A stretch of DNA of 64,000 nt from Anaerolineae bacterium (GTDB taxonomy: Bacteria > Chloroflexota > Anaerolineae > Anaerolineales > UBA4823), in NCBI GenBank assembly GCA_041479245.1, contig JBGOXS010000003.1, forward strand, positions 60,965 through 124,964. Direction: 5' to 3'. Positions 9,788 through 20,090 of the stretch are shown here, one piece after another. Position 1 is the stretch's first letter. Every line of letters starts with the position of its first letter. The notes below the pieces were generated by a model that was not told the DNA's origin, did no database searches, and saw nothing but the letters and a program-made list of their open reading frames with translations. The position numbers and the translations under genes were made by a program.

Positions 9788-11091
9788 CTCTGCCTCCCTC
9801 GCTGGAGATACCGTTTCCCCATCCCGCCAGCAGCTATCCGCCTGCGGGTACCCTGAGCTGATATGGAGTAAGCCTCTTCTAGCAGTGACCTGGGCATGCT
9901 TGCATATGGGATCCGGCTATGCGCCAGCGCCGAGATCACTTTACTTTGATTAATCAGGCCGCCAAAATCAGCCGGGTTTACCAGAAGCGACATTATCCCC
10001 GCTCTGTTCCGGTGGCGTTCTGCGGTCGCTACCCAGACTGGATCAGTGGATGGCGTAATCAGGATTGTCGTGCCTGCCTGTCCGAACCTGCCTTGCATCA
10101 GCAGGTCGGAAAGCGACTGGTGCCCCACCTGAGCCACCGCCAGGTAGCGTAGGATACGCCAGCCCTGTGCCGGATCTGACCCGGGATCGAGCCAAACAAA
10201 TTGGCTGCCAGCCATCGATAAACCGACCCTGCGTAACTCCTTCAGACCGCGCATTGCCAGGGAAGCTGCCAGCACGATACACAGTTCCAGAGTGGAGTTC
10301 TCTCCACTCCCTGCCTGGGCCGAGCTTTCCAGGTCAACCACGATCCACCAGTCGCGGGTCGTTGCGGTTTCGAGCTGCCTGACGACCAGGCTGTCAAAAT
10401 GGGCGGAAGCGCGCCAGTGGATATACTTCAAACTGTCTCCGGACACGTAGTTGCGCAGACCCACATCACTGATGTTGCGTTCGATGTACCCGCCCCGGTG
10501 CCGCTCATCCCCCGAAATGCCTCCCGATGGGATTTTGAGCCGGGAAAGGCTGAGCACTGGCGGTGTGACCAATATGGTGCTGGCATGCTGATCAAACATC
10601 GTCAGGGTATAAATTCCGAATGGATCGCCGCAACGCAGGCGGGTTGGACCGAGGGTGTACAGACCTCGCCGCTTGAATAAATGATTAAGGTGTCGGTTGC
10701 GTGACGTACGCTGACCAACATCAGAGACAATGCGCAGCGGAGTCTCGATTGATGACGACTCATCGGTGATTTCCACCCACAAAGCAGGCAGCCAACCGTG
10801 ATTGGTGAGTTTTACTTCTTCAGGCACCGACTCGCCGACGGTTGACCATGCATGGTGGATCTTGCGATCGATCCACAGATTGCGCTCCAATGAGTAGATC
10901 CACACGAAAGCCATTAGCCAGGCGCCAGCAGTGCCAATCGTGAAGATCAGCCAGCCTCGAAAGCCAGTCAGTATATACAGGACTGCCAGCACGCCCACCA
11001 GGATTGGCAGGAGCCGCAAGTTGAGCTGGCGCTCAATGTGTCGAGTTGAGCGGCTGGAGGTTTTTCTGGGGGAAAACTTCGTGCGGTTCAT
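9769..11091 (-). CDS. DUF58 domain protein
   Basis: RRG.Y…GDPFG, LRNY.SGD.L..IHWRASA; MoxR-associated. Confidence 0.9.
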   Translation of the reverse strand: MNRTKFSPRKTSSRSTRHIERQLNLRLLPILVGVLAVLYILTGFRGWLIFTIGTAGAWLMAFVWIYSLERNLWIDRKIHHAWSTVGESVPEEVKLTNHGWLPALWVEITDESSSIETPLRIVSDVGQRTSRNRHLNHLFKRRGLYTLGPTRLRCGDPFGIYTLTMFDQHASTILVTPPVLSLSRLKIPSGGISGDERHRGGYIERNISDVGLRNYVSGDSLKYIHWRASAHFDSLVVRQLETATTRDWWIVVDLESSAQAGSGENSTLELCIVLAASLAMRGLKELRRVGLSMAGSQFVWLDPGSDPAQGWRILRYLAVAQVGHQSLSDLLMQGRFGQAGTTILITPSTDPVWVATAERHRNRAGIMSLLVNPADFGGLINQSKVISALAHSRIPYASMPRSLLEEAYSISAQGTRRRIAAGGMGKRYLQRGRQSWQSMD

Positions 11092-11241
11092 CGATTTAAA
11101 ACAACTTTGAGATTAATTCCCCTTTTTCGCTGATAACAATCAAACCCATTTCCATCAATAAAAACGCCGCCGAAGCTGGTGCTGCATTCGCCTTATGCAA
11201 TCCCAGTAAGGGCGATAATACGCTTAATCTCCTGGAAGGTA

Positions 11242-12300
11242 TTATTTAAGCAGTTCTTCGGCGTAATGACAGGCAGTAAAGTGCTGTGGGAGTAGCTCGC
11301 GCAGTGGCGGTTCATCAACGGAGCAATTTGGCCGGGCCATCGGGCAGCGTGGGTGATAATGGCACCCAGGAGGCGGGTTAATCGCATTGGGTATCTCACC
11401 CGCGGGCATGGCCTCGGTGCGTCGATGGGTTGGATCGGGTACAGGTACTGCTTCCAACAGAGCATGCGTATAAGGGTGCACCGAGCTCTCATAGACATCC
11501 CGCAGAGGCCCTACTTCGCATAGTTTTCCCAGGTATAGAATGGCGATGCGGTTGCACACATATTTCGCCGTCGCCAGGTCGTGTGTGATGAACAGATAGG
11601 TCAGGTTGAACTCTTCCTTGAGCTTCATCATTAGGTCGAGTAAAAGTGCCCGGACTGAAACGTCAGCCATGGCGATCGGCTCATCCGCCACGATGAGCGC
11701 TGGATTGGTTACCAAGGCTCGAGCCAGCACCACCCGCTGGCGCTGTCCACCAGAGATCTGGTGGGGGTACAGGTCATAAAAAGCCTTCGCCGGGTTCATA
11801 CCCACCGCGGACAGGATATCATAGATTCGTTTTTTCCGTTCATCGGTTGAGAGCTTGGTTAGATGGATCTTGGCGGGATGGTCAATCGCCTGACCCAGGG
11901 TCATGCGTGGGTTGAGCGAAGCCAGAGGGTCCTGGAAGACGATTTGCATGCGCGCCCGCATGCGACGCATTTCTCCTCCAGACAGTTTGCCCAGGTCAAC
12001 GCCGTCGAAGATCACCTTCCCCGCTGTGGCTTCCAACAAGCGTAAGACCAATCTCCCAATGGTGGATTTCCCGCTGCCACTCTCGCCTGCCAGCCCAAAC
12101 ACTTCGCCCTTATGGATGGTAAAACTAACGTCATCCACAGCTCTAACTGACGGGACGTTTCCCCGGTTCATCAACGAGGCAAACAGGCCGGTTTGGACAG
12201 GGAAGAATTTACTCACATGCTCGACTCGCACCAGCTCATTAGTGCTGGTGGAGGCTTCTCTCTGGAGAGCGTTTGTGCCCACTGAAGGGGTCTCAGGCAT
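11242..12300 (-). CDS. Peptide ABC transporter ATPase (DppF/OppF)
   Basis: GESGSGKST, ISGGQRQR, C-terminal oligo_HPY region with a Cys cluster. Confidence 0.93.
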   Translation of the reverse strand: MPETPSVGTNALQREASTSTNELVRVEHVSKFFPVQTGLFASLMNRGNVPSVRAVDDVSFTIHKGEVFGLAGESGSGKSTIGRLVLRLLEATAGKVIFDGVDLGKLSGGEMRRMRARMQIVFQDPLASLNPRMTLGQAIDHPAKIHLTKLSTDERKKRIYDILSAVGMNPAKAFYDLYPHQISGGQRQRVVLARALVTNPALIVADEPIAMADVSVRALLLDLMMKLKEEFNLTYLFITHDLATAKYVCNRIAILYLGKLCEVGPLRDVYESSVHPYTHALLEAVPVPDPTHRRTEAMPAGEIPNAINPPPGCHYHPRCPMARPNCSVDEPPLRELLPQHFTACHYAEELLK

Positions 12301-13294
12301 GGCTTGCCTCCTGTCTCTTCGCCATTACCGAAGGATACAACCAGCATGCAGCTAATTGGTTTCCCTCGATGACTTCCAGGGGAGGGGTTTGCTCCTTGCA
12401 GATATCCATCACAAATGGGCAGCGTGGATGAAACCGACAGCCAGCTGGCGGGTGGGATAGATCTGGAGGTGCGCCCGCCATCTTATACAGCTCGGCACCA
12501 TCCAGCTTGATATTCGGCACCGAACGCAGCAATCCCTGAGTATATGGGTGCTTGGGTTGGGCGAAGACATCCTTGACATCCCCCACCTCCATCATCTTGG
12601 CGGCATACATCACCGCGATGCGGTCTGAAATTTCAGCCACCACGCCAATGTTGTGGGTGATCAGCAGGATGGTTAACCCAAACTCCTTCTGCAACTCCTT
12701 GAGCAGGTCGAGGAATTTGGCCTCGACGATCACATCCAATGAGGTGGTCGGTTCATCCGCGATTACTAATTTTGTCCGCAAAGCCAGCGCCAGAGAGATC
12801 ATCACCCTTTGGCGCATTCCACCGGACATCTGATGGGGATAATCTGTGATCCGCTCACGGCGAATACCCAGACGTTCGATCAGCACTTCAGATCGTTTAC
12901 GCGCTTCTTTTTCAGATACCTCGGGTTCGTGGGTTTGAATAGTTTCTGTCAGGTGGTCGCTAATACGCTGCACCGGGTTGAGGCTGGTCATGGGGTCTTG
13001 AAAAACCATACCGATTTCTGCCCCACGAATCTCCGGCATCTCATCGAGGGGTAGGGTCATCAGATCACGCCCATCAAACCACAGCTCACCTTGGGTGATC
13101 TTTGCCGGGCCGGTATGTAACCGCATCAACCCTTTACCCAGTGTGGATTTTCCACAGCCCGACTCGCCCACCAGACCCAGGATTTCACCCCGCCGGATAT
13201 CGAGTGAGACGTCATCCACTGCCGGGACTGTCCCTGCCCGGGTGGTATATTCAACGGTCAGGTGACGGATAGAATATAAAATATCTTCGGGCAT
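12293..13294 (-). CDS. Peptide ABC transporter ATPase (DppD/OppD)
   Basis: GESGCGKS, YPHQMSGGMRQR, HPYT..LL, GCRFHPRC. Confidence 0.93.
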   Translation of the reverse strand: MPEDILYSIRHLTVEYTTRAGTVPAVDDVSLDIRRGEILGLVGESGCGKSTLGKGLMRLHTGPAKITQGELWFDGRDLMTLPLDEMPEIRGAEIGMVFQDPMTSLNPVQRISDHLTETIQTHEPEVSEKEARKRSEVLIERLGIRRERITDYPHQMSGGMRQRVMISLALALRTKLVIADEPTTSLDVIVEAKFLDLLKELQKEFGLTILLITHNIGVVAEISDRIAVMYAAKMMEVGDVKDVFAQPKHPYTQGLLRSVPNIKLDGAELYKMAGAPPDLSHPPAGCRFHPRCPFVMDICKEQTPPLEVIEGNQLAACWLYPSVMAKRQEASHA

Positions 13295-14577
13295 CAGCGT
13301 GACCTCAGCTTGGGGTTGAATATCTCGGTCAAGCCCTCACCCAGCATGGTAAAGGCCAATACCACCAGCAGGATCGTGAGACCTGGGAAAGTGATCATCC
13401 ACCAGGCATTCTGGATGAAACGTTGTCCCCTCGCCAGGTCTATTCCCCAGTCGGCAATAGTCGGGGGTAGGCCAAGACCGAGGAAGGATAAGCCAGCGCC
13501 AGTTAGGATGGCATCTGCCACGTTGACCGAAAAGATGATTGCTACCGAGGGGATCACATTGGGGAAAATGTAGCGTTGTAAAATTTCCCAGCTGCGCGCC
13601 CCAATACTGCGGGCAGCTTCAACGTACACTTCCTCTTTTACCGCCAGCGACTGGCCTCTCACAATACGATAATACGTGGGAATATATAGCACCGCAATCG
13701 CTACGATGACGTTTAATACACTGGGACCCAGGACGGCAGTAATGGCAATCGCCAGGATCAAACCCGGAAATGCATACATACTGTCCATCAGCAAGCTTAA
13801 CAGGCGGTCAGGTGCGCCACCGACGAAAGCCGCCATTAATCCCAATGGCACACCTAACACCAACGCGATGATCGATGAGCTGAACCCAATCGTCAACGCT
13901 ACTCGAGTCCCCCATAGTATCCGGCTCCATACATCCTGACCGATATCATTGGTCCCCAACAAGAACCCACCTGCGGTCTGAGCACCGCCAGCGAGGTTTT
14001 CGGCCTGATGCAGAGTGGGGTACTGTGCGGAGGCATCCTTAAACTCATTGGACTGAATTACCGCGGCTTTGTCTTTCCCGTCGGCGACGGCCTGAAGTGC
14101 TTCCTGTACGGTTGGATAACGATCGATTACGGGTCGCAGGCGCAGTCCTGCCGGCTCATTTTTAATCTTGTTATCGATCGCTTGGGCGGCATCATTTAAT
14201 GCACCGGCAGAATTACCTCCCTGGACTACACTGACTACAGGTCGTGGTTGGCTGCTGGTGACTGCCATATCTGAAAGTGTGTTGACTGTCGAGGTGATCG
14301 GGACGACCAGGACTGGAACCGGTGGATATTCACCGGGTGGCAGAAAGCTAGGACCTACCTGCGTTTCGGGAGTGAAAGGTGCAAATAATTGCGGAACAAC
14401 AGCAATAATTATGAAGATAGCAACTAAAACTGATGAAATGGCTACAAACCACCAGTCGGCGCCGTACCATTTCCTGGCATTCAGGATGCGCCGGACGAGA
14501 CCGACTTTTTCCAGCTCAACCTCCCAGGTAGTGGTATCCGGCGTGATTTCAGGGGGGCGCACTCCAATATTTTTCAT
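13294..14577 (-). CDS. Peptide ABC permease (DppC/OppC) with a ~110-aa extracytoplasmic insertion
   Basis: LLGTNDIGQD..SR, EAARSIGA (EAA loop), WWMITFPG. Confidence 0.9.
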   Translation of the reverse strand: MKNIGVRPPEITPDTTTWEVELEKVGLVRRILNARKWYGADWWFVAISSVLVAIFIIIAVVPQLFAPFTPETQVGPSFLPPGEYPPVPVLVVPITSTVNTLSDMAVTSSQPRPVVSVVQGGNSAGALNDAAQAIDNKIKNEPAGLRLRPVIDRYPTVQEALQAVADGKDKAAVIQSNEFKDASAQYPTLHQAENLAGGAQTAGGFLLGTNDIGQDVWSRILWGTRVALTIGFSSSIIALVLGVPLGLMAAFVGGAPDRLLSLLMDSMYAFPGLILAIAITAVLGPSVLNVIVAIAVLYIPTYYRIVRGQSLAVKEEVYVEAARSIGARSWEILQRYIFPNVIPSVAIIFSVNVADAILTGAGLSFLGLGLPPTIADWGIDLARGQRFIQNAWWMITFPGLTILLVVLAFTMLGEGLTEIFNPKLRSR

Positions 14578-14580
14578 GCT

Positions 14581-15678
14581 TTAGTACCTCACCCTGGGGT
14601 CAACCAGACTGTAAATGACATCGACTGCCAGGCTGATCATCGCCACCAATAATGCAAATACTGCAATTGTGCTTTGCACCGCCGTATAATCCCGTGCCGA
14701 GATGCGCTCTACTAGATAGCTGCCCATGCCAGGCCAGGAAAATACTGTTTCAGTCAGCACTGCTCCTGCCAGTAGGATGGCCACCTGCAGTCCGATCAGG
14801 GTGATAATGGGGATCAGGGCGTTCTTAAGCGCATGGCTGTAGACTAGAATGCGCTCGCGTATTCCCCGTGCGCGTGCGGCTGAGATATAGTCCATCGAGA
14901 GGGTTTCAATTACATTAACCCGGGTGAGACGGACGAAAACTCCCGAGAGGATCAATCCCAGTGTAACCGTCGGTAATACTAAATGTTCGAGCACGGACTT
15001 CAATGCTAACCAATTACCGGTGATGATTGCATCGATGATGTAGATATTGGTGATATGCGTTAAAGTTGTCCCTATGATTGGATCGATTCGACCCGAAATA
15101 GGCAGGATAGCAAGCTTAACCCCAAACAGGAGCTGTAACATCAGACCCAACCAGAAGATGGGCAGTGAATATATGACCACTGCATAGATACGCCAGGCAT
15201 AATCCACCGGACCCTTACGGCGCGAGGCTGCCCAGGCACCGCCGTAGATCCCGATGCCCAAAGCCAAGATCGAGGCTGGAACGATCAGTTCCAACGTTGC
15301 TGGGAAGCGCTCACTCATTTCATCGGTGATCGGACGATGCGCACCGATGAGGCTGTTTCCGAAGTGAAGGGTAAACAATTGCACCAGGTACCGGCCATAT
15401 TGAACGTATATCGGATCGTTCAAGCCCAGTTCCTGGCGGATATTGGCGATCATCTCTGGGGTACCCTTGGGACCGAGCTGAGAGCTGACCGGATCTCCAG
15501 GGATGACACGCATGATCAAAAAGACCAGCGAACCCAGGATCAGAACCATCGGCAGAGTCATCACGATACGCGTCAGGATATAGCGGCGCAGACCTGAGCT
15601 GCCTCGAATAAACACATAACCCAGCAGGAGCAGCGCGGGAATACCGATGATAAGGGCGATCAGGGCAATCGGTTGCAT
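14581..15678 (-). CDS. Peptide ABC permease (DppB/OppB)
   Basis: PGDP, FPATLEL, ARARG, TETVFSWPGMG, VDPRVR. Confidence 0.93.
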   Translation of the reverse strand: MQPIALIALIIGIPALLLLGYVFIRGSSGLRRYILTRIVMTLPMVLILGSLVFLIMRVIPGDPVSSQLGPKGTPEMIANIRQELGLNDPIYVQYGRYLVQLFTLHFGNSLIGAHRPITDEMSERFPATLELIVPASILALGIGIYGGAWAASRRKGPVDYAWRIYAVVIYSLPIFWLGLMLQLLFGVKLAILPISGRIDPIIGTTLTHITNIYIIDAIITGNWLALKSVLEHLVLPTVTLGLILSGVFVRLTRVNVIETLSMDYISAARARGIRERILVYSHALKNALIPIITLIGLQVAILLAGAVLTETVFSWPGMGSYLVERISARDYTAVQSTIAVFALLVAMISLAVDVIYSLVDPRVRY

Positions 15679-15691
15679 GGGTGCTGATCAG

Positions 15692-15727
15692 AAAAAATTT
15701 GGGGAGCGGGCGGTTAACCCGCCCCCC
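15692..15727 (-). terminator. Hairpin/terminator between the SBP gene and the permeases
   Basis: Minus strand GGGGGGCGGG-TTAACCG-CCCGCTCCCC followed by AAATTTTTT. Confidence 0.75.
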
Positions 15728-15745
15728 ATGTACAGAAATTATATA

Positions 15746-17524
15746 TTAAGGTGTCTTGGTTAGCAACGAATACCAGAGCTCAATTGTTGGGCCTATGTTC
15801 AGCGCTTCAGGAGAAACGAATGCGCTGGATCCCTTGATACTGCTCCGATAAACCACATGCTCGGCGACAAAGTACAGTGGTACGGTTAATACCATATCTG
15901 CGGAGATCTGTTGTGCCTGCTTGTAGAGATCAGCACGCTTGACCAGATCGGTCTCGGTGTCAGCCTGGTTGAGCAGGTTCACCAGATTGGTTGCATCCGT
16001 GCCAAAGGTTCCGGAGATGGGTGTACCATAGCTGGATCCTTCCGCTGGGATGGTCACATTGGTGCCTTCACCCTTGTTGTATACGAAGGGATCGAGGTAG
16101 TTGGAGCTGTCAGGATAATCAAAGAACCAACCCAGGATACCCACAGGGTAGGCTTTACCGCCGGTCAGGGAAGTGACGTAAGTGCTCCACTCCTGTGCCT
16201 GCAGGTTCACCTGGATCTCGCCAGTTGCTTCCAGCTGGGTCTTGATCAGCTGCATGGCGGCCACAGTTGAGGCACCATAGTGTTCAGGCGGGTACCATAC
16301 ATCAAGCTTCAGCGGCTTGCTGGCAGAGTAGCCTGAGGCTTCCAGGTATTTCTTGGCTTCATCCAAGTTCGGCGAGGTGTAGGTGGTATCAAACGCCTCG
16401 CTCGCACCCAAGAAGCCAGGCGGGACCATCGAGTATAGTGGGGATACATTACCACCATACACGGTGTCGACGATGGCATTGCGGTCGATGGCCGAAGCGA
16501 TGGCCTTTCCCACGTTCGGGTCATTGGTCGGTGCCATGGTATGGTTGATCACCAGGAAGCGGATGCCACCGCCATTGACGTCCCCTACGGTTAAGCCAGA
16601 AACACTCTTCAACGGTGTCAATTGCTCAGGTGATAGGATGCGCCAGGCGACGTCGATCTCACCACTCTGGACTGCCAGAGACATGGTATTGGGATCGCTG
16701 TAGAATTTGATGATGATCTGGTCGACCTGCGGTTTCATGTCACCCGTGTAGTAGGGGTTCGGCTCGAAGACCATCTGCTCACTCTGGTTATATTGTGAGA
16801 TGAACCACGGTCCGGTGCCGTAGACGGGTGCAGTCGGGAACAGCACACATTGGTCTGCCAGGAAAATCTTTGAATCTGACGTGACATAAGGGGGAAGAGC
16901 CAGGATTTGAGGGAAGAAGGCGACCGGTACCTTAAGCGTGAAGACGATGGTCTTGGCATCCGGCGCTTCTATGCTCTTGACGAAGGGTACGGCCAATGAA
17001 TCAGCCACATCATTCGGGCATGTAGATCCGATGGTCAGAAGACGGTTGAGCTGTGCCGCATACATCGTAGCATCCAGCGGTGTCCCATCAGCTAACTTGA
17101 TCCCATCCTTCAATGTAAAGGTATAGGTCAGGCCATCTGAAGATATCGTGGGCAGTGTGGTTGCCAGCACCGGTTCAAGGTCAGTAGTGCCCGGTTTAAA
17201 TCTGAGCAAACCATCATTTACATTCAGAATAATTTCCCAGTCATGCACCGCATAGGCATCCGCCGGGTCAAGGCTGGCGATCTTATCTGTCGTACCGATG
17301 ATGATCGTGGTCTTGGAAGGTGCTGTGGTTGGTGGGACTGCAGTCGGTGGGACAGCAGTTGGTGGGACTTTAGTCGGTGGGACCGCAGTCGGTGCAGCTC
17401 CCTGAGTAGGTGGTACAGCTGTGGGTGGCGTAGTAGGCTGTGAAGTGGCGGGGGCGCATGCTGTCAATATCATGACCGTCACGATCAACACGCCAAAAAT
17501 TTTGTACAAGCGATTGTGTTTCAT
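15746..17524 (-). CDS. Peptide ABC substrate-binding lipoprotein (SBP family 5)
   Basis: Lipobox LTAC, PTAVP repeat linker, LDPA, YTFTLK.G.K..DG, GTGP. Confidence 0.93.
   Translation of the reverse strand: MKHNRLYKIFGVLIVTVMILTACAPATSQPTTPPTAVPPTQGAAPTAVPPTKVPPTAVPPTAVPPTTAPSKTTIIIGTTDKIASLDPADAYAVHDWEIILNVNDGLLRFKPGTTDLEPVLATTLPTISSDGLTYTFTLKDGIKLADGTPLDATMYAAQLNRLLTIGSTCPNDVADSLAVPFVKSIEAPDAKTIVFTLKVPVAFFPQILALPPYVTSDSKIFLADQCVLFPTAPVYGTGPWFISQYNQSEQMVFEPNPYYTGDMKPQVDQIIIKFYSDPNTMSLAVQSGEIDVAWRILSPEQLTPLKSVSGLTVGDVNGGGIRFLVINHTMAPTNDPNVGKAIASAIDRNAIVDTVYGGNVSPLYSMVPPGFLGASEAFDTTYTSPNLDEAKKYLEASGYSASKPLKLDVWYPPEHYGASTVAAMQLIKTQLEATGEIQVNLQAQEWSTYVTSLTGGKAYPVGILGWFFDYPDSSNYLDPFVYNKGEGTNVTIPAEGSSYGTPISGTFGTDATNLVNLLNQADTETDLVKRADLYKQAQQISADMVLTVPLYFVAEHVVYRSSIKGSSAFVSPEALNIGPTIELWYSLLTKTP
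17325..17440 (-). repeat. 15-bp coding repeats (PT[A/K]VP linker)
   Basis: Repeated GTCGGTGGGAC-like units encoding PPTAVPPT. Confidence 0.8.
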
Positions 17525-17924
17525 ATTTACTATATCCTCCTTGAATTTACCTTTTCTTATTTGAAAGAGTTATCATTTTATGAACCAATTTCTTATCCAT
17601 TGATGATCTCGTATATTACACCTCCTCTCTACTTAATCATCATTGACTCTATTTTTTCAGACAGTCCGACAATTATATACCGTTTTTTCCCCTTGACGTT
17701 AATCATTTCATAAACGATGATTAACATACTCGCCATGAATGTCCTTGGTTCATACACCAATAAGCTTCGCAGTTTCTGCCATTGAGCAGGATTTTATCGT
17801 CAAAGCAATGGGCGATTTATTATTTTCTGAAATTATGGCGTAAAATCAATCCATAGCCAGCATTCGATCGCGACCCTTGGATTCAATCGGTCCTGAATGC
17901 TGCTCGAGGAATTATCCAGTATAT

Positions 17925-18446
17925 ATGCCAATCCTGACTCCTTCAAACGCTTTGATCATCGGTTTCATTGTTGCCCCATGACTGTTTCTTCTGAGCGCCT
18001 ATTTCACCCATGCCACCCGCCGCCATCTGTTGGGCGCGTTGGTAGGGTCAGCTCTATATGCCACGGAAAACTATACCTGGGATCGAATTGCCGCGGCCTT
18101 CGGCTGGTGGACGTACACCGCTTGGTCAGCGAGCGGCCAATTCCCACTGAGCGGTTATGTCCTTGCTGGGATAGTGGGCGGAGGTGTTTTCGGAATGATT
18201 GGTTGGCGCATGATCAAGCGTTGGCATTGGTTCGGATATGCAGGCTTCCTTTTGTTTTAGGCGCTGTACGCGCTGATTCACGACATTGGTGGATCGAGGT
18301 AGTTCGCCAGCAGTAGCTTGATGGTGTTTGCACCCGGGCTTATTCCCATCATTGCTGATATGCTCTGGTACCTAACCGGGAACGCCCTGCCACCGCTCGC
18401 GGTCTGGCTAATCGGTGAATCACCTGTCAAAGTACAGAACCCGTAG
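17925..18446 (+). pseudogene. Membrane protein gene interrupted by three in-frame stops
   Basis: GAGGA RBS and ATG 17925; one continuous hydrophobic frame broken by TGA 17979, TAG 18258 and TAG 18300, ending at TAG 18444-18446. Confidence 0.7.
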
Positions 18447-18519
18447 AGCTGATCGTGGAATCAGGTTTATTTGCATTATTTGATACCGAATCAACGATAT
18501 CGCTGAAGGGAAATCACTC

Positions 18520-19722
18520 TTGAGACTTCTGGTTAAGGTTAGACAATATCCTAAACTCGGCCTTGTTGTTCTGGCATATGTTGCTTTCATTGCCTTGGGA
18601 ATGCCGGATGGCTTGTTGGGAGTTGCCTGGCCCTCGATCCGGTCAAATTTTTCCCTCCCTATAGATGCGATTGGCCTGCTGATTACTGCAGCTGTGGTAG
18701 GGTATCTGACCTCCAGTTTTTTGAGCGGCCCGTTGATCGCGCGTGTGGGTGTTGGCAAATTACTGGCAATCAGCTGCGCTATGACCGGGGCGGGTTTGAT
18801 TGGCTACACCCTGGCCCCAGCCTGGTGGATTATGGTCCTGCTGGGGGTGGTGGCTGGTCTCGGAGCGGGAGCAATCGATGCCGGTCTCAACACTTACGTC
18901 GCGGCGAATTTTAGCGTGGGGTTGATGCAGTGGCTGCACGCTTGCTACGGAATTGGCGTTACGCTTGGTCCACTTATCATGACTATCGCCATAACAGCTC
19001 AGAATTCCTGGCGATTGGGTTACAGGGTGGTGGGGGTCTTTCAGCTTGTCCTGGCGGTTTGTTTTGCACTGACCCTACCATTATGGAACCAAAAAGAAGC
19101 TCCCATTGGGGGCGAACAGCCCAAGCGCCTGACCGATTACAAAACACCCCTGAGTACTACGCTTGTCGAATCCAGAGTGTGGTTAAGCGTGCTTTTGTTT
19201 TTCCTGTACGTTGGTGCTGAGGTATCGATGGGAACGTGGGCGTACACTCTGCTGGTAGAGTCACGCGGCATTTCTACGGGAGTGGCCGGGCTGTTGGTTG
19301 GTAGCTACTGGGCAGCCTTTACCCTGGGCAGGGTTTTGGCCGGCCTGTACGCCAAACGAGTGGGCGTCAATCGGTTGGTGATGGGCGGCCTGGTTGCGGC
19401 GCTGTTGGGTGCGGTGTTGTTATGGTGGAACCCAGTCAATGTGGTGAATCTGATATCACCGCCATTGATCGGGTTAGCCATTGCCCCTATCTTTCCGGCC
19501 TTGATATCTGGGACTAGCCAACGGGTGGGTGCGCATAATGCCGCCAACACCATTGGTATGCAAATGGCTGCGAGCGGTCTGGGGACGGCGGTCATCCCAA
19601 GTACGATTGGGATTCTTGCTGGCCGAATTTCACTTGAGATGATCCCCGTGTGCCTAATGGTATTGTATGCCGGGTTGCTGGGATTGTTTATCCTGGCAGT
19701 GAAGTGTCGATTGAACACATAG
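18520..19722 (+). CDS. MFS transporter
   Basis: About 12 TM helices; GPLIARVG motif-A-like, GAIDAGLN, LHACYGIG. Confidence 0.9.
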   Translation: MRLLVKVRQYPKLGLVVLAYVAFIALGMPDGLLGVAWPSIRSNFSLPIDAIGLLITAAVVGYLTSSFLSGPLIARVGVGKLLAISCAMTGAGLIGYTLAPAWWIMVLLGVVAGLGAGAIDAGLNTYVAANFSVGLMQWLHACYGIGVTLGPLIMTIAITAQNSWRLGYRVVGVFQLVLAVCFALTLPLWNQKEAPIGGEQPKRLTDYKTPLSTTLVESRVWLSVLLFFLYVGAEVSMGTWAYTLLVESRGISTGVAGLLVGSYWAAFTLGRVLAGLYAKRVGVNRLVMGGLVAALLGAVLLWWNPVNVVNLISPPLIGLAIAPIFPALISGTSQRVGAHNAANTIGMQMAASGLGTAVIPSTIGILAGRISLEMIPVCLMVLYAGLLGLFILAVKCRLNT

Positions 19723-19763
19723 TTACATTCGGTGTAGTTTATTACTATTCTTCGACCGACCGT

Positions 19764-19876
19764 TGTTCAGAGGACCGGAAACTGCTTGCTGCAGACACCA
19801 AGTTCTGCTCGTACTGCGGCATGAAAATGGTCCGGCTCGTCAGCGTACCTGTCCGGGGTGTGGTTCTCTTGCATAA
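19764..19876 (+). pseudogene. Possible decayed zinc-ribbon gene fragment
   Basis: KFCSYCG in one frame, then TCPGCGSLA* in a shifted frame. Confidence 0.35.
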
Positions 19877-19910
19877 GGTGTGTAATATCGCCCGGAATTT
19901 TGTTATTTGT

Positions 19911-19947
19911 CAACCCCCCAAGCGATTCCCTGGGGGGTTGCATTTTC
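19911..19947. terminator. Hairpin between convergent genes
   Basis: CAACCCCCAAG…CTGGGGGGTTG followed by CATTTTC. Confidence 0.6.
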
Positions 19948-20090
19948 ATTTCTCAGGATGGTTTTCCGCCAATCAAGGTTGAATCTGGTTTGATCTTGTC
20001 ATGGATGTTCGGCAAAGAAGGCATACCATAAAGTACGGCATCACCTGACAGCGGTAAATCGGGACATCTGCTGCCCTTAGGATGCTCACA

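Noticed and set aside
17925-18446. Selenocysteine or pyrrolysine read-through
   Set aside because: Mixed TGA/TAG stops in hydrophobic context; TAG and TGA end many normal genes here; no sel or pyl genes in the window
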